A stretch of DNA of 64,000 nt from the NCBI RefSeq assembly GCF_026210795.1, contig NC_089434.1:2232001-2296000 (forward strand). The letters are read 5' to 3'. Shown here piece by piece: positions 53,461-64,000 of the stretch. Position numbers and translations under genes: made by a program. Within the stretch, counting starts at the first letter, position 1; every line of letters begins with the position of its first letter. This stretch comes from Rhizophagus irregularis (Eukaryota). The notes beneath the pieces are model-generated. The model was not told the DNA's origin and did not search any database. It worked only from the letters and a program-made list of their open reading frames with translations.

Positions 53461-55333
53461 AAATACTTGTAGAAAGTACTTGTAAAGAAAGAAATATAAA
53501 TAACATTTAATAAAAGTTAAAATTTTGTACTTTGAGTGTTTTGTTAAAGGTGAAATTAATATATTATATATATACATATTTTTCCAAAATCTACAGAACA
53601 TATAAGGAAAAATAGTTTTTTTTTGTTGAACTGTATTTTCACATTGTTTATGCAGCTTGCCATGTGATTTGGAGGATCTGTAAAACGTTTTTCATGATTT
53701 TTGTCTTATTGCTATCATTAGCAATTATAAAAATTTTAATTATGATCGGCAAATTTTTACCCCAAAATGTAATAGTAATTTTGTGCTGATCTTTCACGGA
53801 CCATGACTTAATTATTTATTTTTTTATTGATAATAAAAAAAAAATTGTTAATTTTGGTAAATTGACAATTAAATTTACCGATCTACAAATAATTTTAATA
53901 AACTGAAATTATATTTTATTAAGCAAATTTAAACTTATATTATTTAGGATTTTACTATAACTCATATTTTAAGTTTTAGCAAATTAGTATAAATTTAAAA
54001 TGTGATAATTTGATTTTTAGCAAATTAAATCTATTTTAGCAGGAGCAAAAAGTGCTAAACTCAAGCAGATCAGTTATGAGTTATATATGTGATGTCTGAG
54101 GTTCTGTATATATAGTGCAATATAAAAGTAATATATTTAAGCAGTATCAAATGTATTATAAATAGTAGCGTTACTATAATTTCTTTTGATCTATATAGTA
54201 GTATAACAAACTTAATTTGCAAAATCTTATAAAATACTACTTATCAAGATTAATATGAACAACAAAAATAAGATTTGTTTTGTGATTAATAAAATGTTTA
54301 ATTTTAGTTTTAACTATTTTAAAACTGGTAAAATTAAGTAAAACTTCAAAACTTGATAAAACTCTTTTTTTTTTAATAAAGTTAAAAAATTAGAAAAGTC
54401 TTTGCTTTAATAGTAAGTATTTTATATATATATATATTATGAATATCATATTATATTTTTATTTTCAAAATAGACTTAAAAAACAAATAAAAGAGCTAAA
54501 AAAATTAATGCTTACCAATTTTACTTACAATTTGGAATTGGATCTAAGCTTCAAAAATCTTTCAATAATATTGGAAGCTTTCAACTATAAAGATTTGAAA
54601 TAAAAGATTAATATTTTATTGTTAAAAGTATATTGAAGGAAATCATGCTATATAATATATTATGTATATTAAAAGAAGAAATTTTTCTTGGCAAAAGTAA
54701 TTGGCATGATAAATTGTTACATGCAGTCTTGGAAATCTGGTGACTTCACATACTGGAAATTATAGTATTTTTTTAGAAGTACAGTCTTTAAAAAATAATG
54801 GTAGTAGTAAAAATGATACTTATTATTTTGAAAATAAATCAGCATTTTGCTATCTAAATTAATATTTGTAAAAATTTATCCTAATAAAGCAGGTGTTAAA
54901 GAGATAAAATATAAATTATTAAATCCTATGCTTTTGAAAAATAGTTAGCTTTAACGTACAGGTTTAATTTTATTTTCGGTTTATCACGTGCGATCTCGTT
55001 ACACAGATCACCAGCAGGATATCATAACGAGAAAATAGAAAAATTCAGTATCAGGTTATTTTGAATCATACTTTGACGCTACAAGTTAAATAATAAAATA
55101 CATGTAATTTCATCCCTCTTTCAGAATATATATAAAAAAAATTTTTAATATTTAATTCTAATTTTTTTATAAAACTTACCGCCATTATTTTCGCCGAGGT
55201 CTGTACAAAAAAAATCTCGAGGGAAATTCTCAAAAAACTTCTGGATAAGCCTAAACCTGAAACATTCTTTTACTACAATATCATTAATTTAAAATTGTTT
55301 TACATTTTTTGTACAATATAAGATATATTCTCG

Positions 55334-56434
55334 CTAGTTAATGGTTATTTTATATCCGTAAACGGTGGATCTCACGGTTTCGCATCCATGATCCTCTTTA
55401 AACATTGGACTCATGATTTCTTTAAAAATTTTCTCAACTTTCCACTGTAAATTTTTTGCTTCTTCGAAAAATTCCATGTCCTTATGTGCTAGATCTGGTA
55501 GGTTATGAGTAAAAAAAACCAATATTTGTCCATTAATAGGATCAAGACATTCTTTACATGTTTTTAAAAGTGCTTTGTGTTGAGAATGATTAAATATTAG
55601 ATCAGATAATATTATAAGATCATATAAATTGGATGTTTTTTCCGATTTTGAAATCGCGTTTAGTAAAGGATATGTATCTTTGCCCCATATATACCCCTGG
55701 AAATTAATAATGTATAAAATTAATTATAAGTACTTTAAATCAAATTAACAAACATAATCATAATTACCAAAACTCTTATATTATCCGTACAAATATCTGT
55801 GCTCAAATTCGTATTTACGTTATGTCGAATATTATCTATTAAATCATCGTCCGGGTAATCCGTAATAACAACCTTTGAAGAACAAAAAAACTAAATTAAT
55901 AAATAATATCCAATAATTTCACTTAATTTACTTCTCTTTAGTATACCTTTTCTGCTCCATTTACGGCTGCTATTAATGAAGGTAATGCTCCACCTGCACC
56001 GAGTTCCAAAACTTTCTTTCCTTTTACTAATTCTTTATGTTCGTCTAAATACCATGCAAAACATTTGCCTGCGTTCCATAATAAATGTGCCCATAATGGA
56101 TGTGATCCAACTAATCTTATATTTAAAGTCTTAAAATTATCTATTCAAAAAATGCATGAATATGTAAGTTCTTTTTACTTTTATCTCTATTTTAACTAGC
56201 TTGATAATTTAATTTGTACCAGACTGCAATAAATGTTCGTCTTTGCGGGAAAACGTTTGAAAAGTTGGTTTTGGTTGAGGTGGTAGATATCCTTCAGGTT
56301 CCTTATTAATATCAAATAAATGTTATTCTAAAATATTTTGTTATTTGACCAACGAATAAAAAGAACCAAACCTCAAAAATTGAAAGGTCTTGTTCGTCTA
56401 ATTGTAACTGCTCTTCGGAATTATCGAAAGTCAT
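55334..56434 (-). CDS. EFM7: Protein N-terminal/lysine N-methyltransferase EFM7 (NNT1), multi-exon
   Basis: Exons give [66 protein letters not shown] introns. Confidence 0.9.
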
Positions 56435-56557
56435 TGTCGATATAAAAAAAAATTTGTAAGTAAATTTTTCTTCAAATATTATGTACTAAAAAAAATTGTT
56501 AGTGTGTTACAAAAAAAACCGGAAAATTATTCACGTGATAAAAATGCATGTTATACG

Positions 56558-57159
56558 CAGAGACCCGGAAAAATTCCGATATCAAATCACAAATATTTAT
56601 CACGATAACAGTAAAAATTCCGATTTATTCCGATATAAATTTTACTAATCATTATAGTTATTTATTGCTATTTTGATTATTAAAGTACATAATAGTAAGG
56701 AATTTAAGTGATTCTAGATTTAAATTTTGTCTATCATCATCTAAAATTTTATTATATGCGGAAAAACTTCTTTCTACTGCGCAGGAAGAGATTGGTAACC
56801 AAATATAATTTCGCGCAATTTTTTCTAAAAGAGGAAGCTGTAATGAAACTTTATCCCAAAAAGTTGATACTATGATCACAAAAACGGCACATAAATTTTC
56901 CATTATCTGCAAAAAAATAACTTCAAAAATTTGATGAATATTTTTCTCTCTTCAGAAAATTCTTGCGCACGTGAAAAAGCAGTAACTGTGGCATTTTAAC
57001 ATTAAAAAAAATTTTTCGGAGACATTAAATTTATTCCGATGATCTGCATTTATGATTGGCTAATTGTCACGTGTCGGAATAAAATTATCAAAATTCACTA
57101 AAATTCTGTTTTATTCCATTATGTAGCAAAAATTCCGTTGGAATATTTCCGGGTCTCTG
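56558..57159 (-). mobile_element. Internally deleted hAT transposon
   Basis: TIR cagagacccggaaa / tttccgggtctctg; perfect 8-bp TSD gttatacg; hAT dimerisation remnant LPISSCAVERSFS (56658-56912). Confidence 0.9.
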
Positions 57160-57544
57160 GTTATACGGTGTTCCAAATTATATGTAGATCAATCATATGT
57201 GATGTTACATATAAAATTAATTAGTGCGGATTTTTCACTCTGTAATGTTGCCGATCATCAATCTATAGATTAATTAGTAATAAAATAGCATATTATTATT
57301 GAATTCATCATCATAATAAAAAGTACAACCACAATAATTTTTATATCAAATTGTTCATAAAAATATGCTCTTTCAAGTGACACCTTTTTTTTTTGAAATT
57401 TATATTATTTTGTGGAAAAAAAATGCTATGTAATTAAAAAAATATATGATTTTTTTGATCTTTTATTATATAAGCCTTTTGATTTTTTACTTTTAGGCTT
57501 AAAAAATAAAGGTGCCTTGATTTAAGGTATTTTTCACGCCTTAA

Positions 57545-58460
57545 ACCTAATTCACTATGACAATGAGCTATTTTAAAGTTTATAAAATAATACATAATAA
57601 TAATGACAGTAAAATAAGGGATTAATAATTTAAAGAATTAGGATGCATAGTTTAATGTATTATTAATAAAAAGCATGCATAATTTAATAATATAAGTTTA
57701 TTTTTTTTTTTAAGTTAATTTTAATTCACTATGATAATGAGCTCTTTTAAAATTGAAAATAACAAAAATATCAATAATGGTGGTAAAGTAAGGGATTAAC
57801 AATTTAAAGTATTAGGAATGCATAGTTTAATGTATTATTAATAAAAAGCATGCATAATTTAATAATATAAGTTTATTTTTTTTTAAAGTTAATTTTAATT
57901 CACTATAACAATGAGCTCTTTTAAAATTAAAAATAACAAAGACATCAATAATGGTGATAAAGTAAGGGATTAACAATTTAAAGTATTAGGATGTATAGTT
58001 TAATGTATTATTAATAAAAAATATGCATATAAATTTATTTTGTTTATGAATTTATAACATAAGTCTATAACAATAAATTCCAATTTAAAAATAACAAAAA
58101 ATCAATAATGTGATAAAGTAAGGGATTAATAATTTAAAGTATTAAACGTATAGTTTAATGTATTAATAATAAAAAATATACATATAAGTTTATTTGTTTA
58201 TGAATTTAAACTATAAGTTTATAACAATAAATTCCAATTAAAAATAACAAAAAATTCAATAATGGTGATAAAGTAAGTGATTAATAATTTAAAGTATTAG
58301 AATACTTAGTTTAATATATCATTAATAAAAGCTTTATTTTGTTTATGAACTTAAACTATAACAATGAACTTTTAAAATTTAAAATAACAAATAAATCAAT
58401 AATGATAGTAAAGTAAGGGATTAAAAATTTATCAATAAAGTAGTGCATTATAATTTAATA
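57545..58460. repeat. Degenerate AT-rich tandem repeat (~120-180 bp units)
   Basis: Recurrent aaagtaagggattaacaatttaaagtattag..tttaatgtattattaataaaaa. Confidence 0.75.
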
Positions 58461-60070
58461 ATCTAAGCTTTATTATTTTATTTTAAATTCAAAAGTATTA
58501 AATTTCCTATAAAAAAGAGAGTTTTTAAGGCATTTTTCTTTTATCATTTTTATAGCAATTAAAATGAGCAAAAAAAATGCTAGAGCTCGTCAATTATCAA
58601 ATACATATAAAATTCAGGCTGAAAAACATAACAGCTCACAACAGCTAATTATTGTTACCTATTTAGAGTCAACAAATGATAATAATTATCAAAGTAAATT
58701 TTCAATTGAAAAGTTGTGAGAAAAACTTGTTGAAAATATTAGAAATCTTCCTGCCAATGAAGTTAAAGATGCATATTATCTTTTTCAAAATATGAAATAC
58801 TAAAAAGGAAAAAATTAAGGAAAAATTTTTTCAATTTATATACAAAATAAAGCATAGAATTACTTAAATCTGAATTATATAAGTATACAGAAACAAAAGA
58901 ATACCTTCAAAAAAAAAAAGCTCAAGATAAATCTCTTAAACAAATTTGCAGCTTAAATTCTAAGGTAACAAAATTACATAAAAAGCATATATCAAAAGTC
59001 AATTCTTATGGAAGAAAGTTGTCAATTGTTAATAATGCAAAACTTAAATCAGTAATAACAAAAATAATTAAGGAAAATAAAAAAGAATTTTCACCAGAAT
59101 TTAAACTATTAACTATATACAAATAATTCAGGCTGGAATAACATCAATAAGAAGTACTGTAAAACATTGGTCAAAATCAAAACTTTCGACTGTTAAGAGC
59201 TTTCAGCATAATTTTTGCCGATTGGTCATATGATTCATCACATTTTTTGACTAATGGCAAAAATCGGTAAAATCTAACTTATACTAATTGTTATATGAAA
59301 AATTGTTCCTTTAAGATCATTCAGTAAAATTATATTGATTGGTCATATAAATCAACACAATTTTGCCAAATTTGCCAAATGGTAAAAATCAATAACTAAT
59401 TGGCAATAATTTGGCAAATCAGTTGATAAATAACTGAAATCATCAGATGATTCAAATCAACATTTTACAGGTCTTTTTTAAACAAACTTTTTTAAACTTT
59501 TATCCTTTTTCCTTCCCTTTCTTACACCTTAGTTCTTCATGTAAATATACACATTGAATTCGGTAACTTTTTATTAAATCAAAAAAGTTTTGAAACTCTT
59601 TTTAAAAAAACGTTTTTTAATGTTAAAAACATCTTTTTTTATACTTTTAGTGAATAAAATCAGTTCCAAAAGATTTTCAAAACTTTCTTATAAAAAAAAC
59701 ATTTTTTTTAATATTTTTTTTGCAGGAAATCGATTCCGACGTCGATACCATTTTTCTAAGTGAAGTTTCAAAAGATTTTTGAAACTTTCTTTAAAAAATA
59801 CATTTTTTTAACAATAAAAAACATTTTTTTTTTATTTATTTCCAGGTAAAGTTTTGAAAGATTTTGAAACTTTCTTCAAAAAAAAATGTTTTTATACTAA
59901 AAAACGCTTTTTTTTATTTATTTTGATAGGAATTAGTTCTGACGTGAATACCGTTTCCCAGGTAAAGTTTCAAAGGGTTTTCGAAACTTTCTTAAAAAAA
60001 AAAACGTTTTTATACTAAAAAACATCTTTTTTAAATATTTTTTATTTAGGAAATTAATTCTGACATAGAT

Positions 60071-60657
60071 TAGAGGTGCGCTCTGAATGAATCTACTCAA
60101 TCCGTCATCCAGATGATCACGTGACGGATCAATCTGAATTAAAAAAATTGGATCATCAGATTATCTGCAGATTGACCGGATTGATTATAATTCTGGCCAG
60201 AATTAAGTAATCAGCATGGAATTATCCTTTTTAGGGCATGAGTAAGTAAGTGAGTAACATTACACAAATCCAAAAAAGCAATTTTGTTTCCCAGCAAAAA
60301 TGAAATTTTGAGTTTCACAATAATCCTAAAAAGGAAATTTTTCACTGATCATTTAATTTCAGCCGGAATTTATGATTAGATATTTAATTATTGTCACGTG
60401 ACGCACAAATATGTCAATCGTTTCCATTTATGGTGATACCCATTCCACAAAAACCAGTTTTTCTAAATTTAGTTTTCGGTCGTATAACACAAAATTTTCT
60501 AAAAAGGAAAATTTTTTGTCGATCCCGTATAGGATTGATCGGATATCCGGTCATCCATCTGGTCTATTTGATGGATTCATCTGATCAATCTGAATATGCC
60601 TATTTGATGAATTGATTTTAGGATGATCAGATTGACCAGATTCAGAGCCTACCACTA
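60071..60657. mobile_element. hAT-like MITE
   Basis: Ends tagaggtgcgctctgaat / attcagagcctaccacta; degenerate 8-bp TSD acatagat/gcatggat. Confidence 0.65.
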
Positions 60658-60791
60658 GCATGGATACCGTTTCCCTAGATAAAGTTTCAAAAAATTTTTG
60701 AAACTTTCTTCAAAAAAAATGTTTTTATTCTAAAAAACACTTTTTTTTATTTATTTTGATAGGGAATTAGTTCCGATATAGATACTGTTTT

Positions 60792-61712
60792 CATATGGGC
60801 TGATTTGTTTACTCTGCATTAAAAAGAGTTATTGATTGATTTTCACAATTTTTGTTATTCAAAATTGTTTTGTAATACCAAAAAATCATCTGATTGATGA
60901 TCACTTGACTACATAATAAGTTGAACAAAAATTTACATTTGCGAAACTTAAATTATTAAATGTAAAAGAGCTGTGAAAAAACCCATTTCACTAATAAAAA
61001 ACCCATTTCTCATATGTATGGAATTTTTAACATATATTATTAAAAAGTAAGTATATTTTAATAAAATATAAAGTAAAATAAAAATGTATATAGCCTTAGT
61101 AGCTATAAATGTTTATAAAAGTATAATAAAAATATCATATAAAAGATGGTATCATAATAGATATTTTAATAATTATTTTATGTCAGAGTTTGTATTACCA
61201 TCTTTAAACGCAAATATATCAAGATTCACTGATCTGTTTTCTATAATTTTAGGCTTGTTGGAAAGCCCTTGTTTTGGACTTTATAGGCGAAAAAAGAGCT
61301 CGCCGATTGAATCATTAGATCCAGAGATATTTACATTTAAAGTTAAGGTATGAACTTTTTAACATGCTTAAATGCAAATATCTTGGGATCCACTAATCCA
61401 TTTTTTATAAATTTAGGCTCTTTGGAAAGCCTTTGATCTGGTCTATATGAACGAAAAAAGAGCTTGCCAATTGGATCACTGGATCTGGAGATATTTACGT
61501 TTTAAGTTAAGATACAAATTTTTAACATATATAGTAAGTGCTAAGAATTATATTAATTTAAAAGAAATATTTACCAAATTATAGTATAATAACATTAAAT
61601 AAAAATTTTTTAATACTCATTTCCAATTTACTGTATATTATATAGTATTTTGTATAATAAAAATGTAATAAAATTAATATTTTAATTAAAGGTAGACAAA
61701 TCAGCCCATATG
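60792..61712. mobile_element. Non-autonomous TIR element, inverted copy of the 571-2406 family
   Basis: Same catatgggctgatttgt TIRs; reverse complement of 571-732 plus 1632-2406. Confidence 0.85.
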
Positions 61713-64000
61713 TCCAGGTAAAATTTTGAAGGGTTTTAAAACTTTCTTCAAAAAAAAAACGTTTTTATACTAAAAAACGTCTTTTTAAATATTTTTTGTT
61801 TAGGAAATTGGTTCTGTTTTGGATACCGTTTTCCTAAAAAAATTTTGAAACTTTCTTAAAAAAAACATTTCTTAACTAAAATGTTTCTTTTTTATTTTTT
61901 GCAAAGAAAATCAGTTCTGGCGTAGAAACTGATTTTCTAGGTAAGTTTTGAAACTCTTTTGAAACTTTTTTTTAAAAAAATGTTTTTAACATAAAAAATG
62001 TTTTTTTTTTGTTTTTTTTGCAGAAAATCAGCTCTGGCATGGATACTAATATTTCAGATAAGTTTCGAAACTAAAGTTTGAAACTTTATAAAAAAAACGT
62101 TTTTTAATATTAAAAATGTTTTTTTTTTCATTTATGTATAAGAAATCAGCTCCAACATAGACGCTGATATTTTTTGAAACATCTTTAATAAAACGTTTTA
62201 ACTAAAACATTTTTTTTTTTATTTTTGTATAGAAAATTAGCTTCAACGTAGACGCTGATATTCCAGGTAAGTTTTAAAACTAAAGGTTTGAAACATCTTT
62301 AATAAAATATTTTAACTAAAACATTTTTTTATTTTTGTATAGGAAATCAGCTCTAACGTAGACGCTGATATTTCAGATAAGTTTTAAAACTAGAAGTTTC
62401 AAAACTTCTTTAAAAAAAAACGTTTATTTTAACGTTTTTTTATATTTAATTATAGAGATATCAGTTCTGGTGTGGATACCGAATCTTAAAGATAAGTTTC
62501 AAAAAAAGAATTTTAAAACTTTCTTTAATAAAACGTTTTTATACTAAAAACGTTTTTTTATTATTATTTTTTATATAGGGATATCGGTTTCAGCGTGAAT
62601 ACCAAATCTCAAAGATAAGGTTTAAAAATTTTGAAACTTTAATATAAAAAACGTTAATTTTTAACATTTTTTTTAGGGATATCAGTTCTAGCATGGATAC
62701 CATTTCCTTAGATAAAGTTTTGATAGATTTTCAAAACTTACTTAAAAAAATCATTTTTTAGTTAAAAAATGATTTTTTTTATATTTTTTTATAGGAAATC
62801 AGTTCCAGCATAAATACTATTTCCCTAGGTGAAGTTTCAAAAAATTTTCGAACCTATTTTAAAAAAACGTTTTCTAACTAAAAAACATTTTTTTTAATAT
62901 TTTTTTCACAGAAAATCAGTTCTGATGTAGATACCGTTTTCCCAGGTAAAAAAGTTTCAAAAGAATTTCGAAACTTTATTAAAAAAATGTTTTTTAATAT
63001 AAAAAATATTATTTTTTTTATTTTTTTTTAGGAATTCAGTTTCGGTATGGATATCGATACTCCAGGTAAAGTTTCAAAGATTTTGAAACTTTATTAAAAA
63101 AACATTTTTTTAATATAAAAAACGTTATTTTTTATTTTTTTTTTGTAGAAATTCAGTTCCGGTATGGATGTCGATATTCCAGGTAAAGTTTTAAAAATTT
63201 TTGAAACTTTCTTTTAAAAAAAAAAGTTTTATACTAAAAAACTTTTTTTTATTATATTTATTTGTAAGAAATTAGTTCCAGCGTGAATACCTTTTCCAGG
63301 TAAAGTTTTGAAAAATTTTCAAAACTTTCTTTACAAAAACAAGTTTTTATACCAAAAAGCTTTTTTTTTATTATATTTTTTTATAGGAAATCAGTTCCAA
63401 CATGAATACTGATATTCCAGGTAAAGTTTCAAAAAAAATTTTTGAAACTTATTTTTTTATTAAAGAATCAGTATACTAATCGTTTCTTTATTTTTTATTT
63501 AGGGTTTCTTTGGATTTTTGTTGAATAGGTGGTAAGTTTATTTTTGAAATTAAATTTTTTTAAAAGATAGTTTACTAATCATTTTTTATTTTTTTTGTTT
63601 TGTAGATTTTTCAGATCTTTGTAAATTAGACTTTTATTGGGTTAGTAAAGATGGTGGTAAATAGTAGATAATATGGCGGGTGTGTGTAGTGAATGGTAGT
63701 GAATGGTGGATGACAAATAGTAGATAGATTTAATATGTAATTTTAATATGTAAAGCAAATTAATAAAATTTAATTAATAAATTGTTATTACAAATTAAAA
63801 TTAGCTAATATACTAAATATACAAAATCGGTAATAATTAGATTGATTATTAACAATCGTCAATTTGGTTTTTACCAATTTATTACTAATTTTACTGATCG
63901 ATTTGTTGACAAGTAGCAGGCATTATGGTGCAAACAGTGTTTATTTTTCACTGTGCGGCATGTGCGCAGCGCACATAATCAGAATTTTACGCACACCTTT

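Larger units (their letters stand above)
44341..53807 (+). mobile_element. Decayed DNA transposon (Sola-like) with TTAA flanks
   Basis: Degenerate TIRs atcgtgatccatgaatgatc / gatctttcacggaccatgac; TTAA at 44337-44340 and 53808-53811. Confidence 0.6.
59560..63560 (+). repeat. ~115-125-bp tandem array of micro-exon/intron-like units
   Basis: tag|gaaatcagttc..gataccgttttcccag|gtaaagtttcaaaa..tttgaaacttt units; interrupted by two MITEs. Confidence 0.8.

Noticed and set aside
55000..55184. Possible small minus-strand gene starting ATGGCG|gtaag
   Set aside because: The next exon closes after about 18 codons; no support
58563..59160. Degraded ORF remnant
   Set aside because: Multiple stops and no identifiable domain

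Overview
Very AT-rich, intron-containing eukaryotic DNA. The repeat style and gene families suggest an arbuscular mycorrhizal fungus (Glomeromycotina, Rhizophagus-like); this is inferred, not verified. The window is dominated by a ~40.8 kb integrated element (3358-44151) with ~1.37 kb terminal inverted repeats (TIRs), a perfect 34-bp palindrome at each extreme end, and a 5-bp target-site duplication (TSD), TTAGT. It encodes, mostly as decayed copies, a Maverick/Polinton-type DDE integrase, an A32/FtsK-like packaging ATPase, a giant-virus-type PD-(D/E)XK nuclease, an AEP primase + UL9-like SF2 helicase fusion, a Gag-CCHC-aspartic protease without RT, Crinkler-like and F-box cargo, and an uninterrupted tyrosine-recombinase-fold ORF with protelomerase-like motif spacing. 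I recognised no protein-primed PolB and no jelly-roll capsid. The best hypothesis is a hairpin-ended, linear, virus-like element distinct from canonical Mavericks. The rest of the window holds nested DNA transposons and MITEs (CACTA-like, Sola-like, hAT, Tc1/mariner), satellite arrays, micro-exon/hairpin-intron arrays and one conserved host gene (EFM7/NNT1). All protein calls are by eye from motifs; no searches were run.
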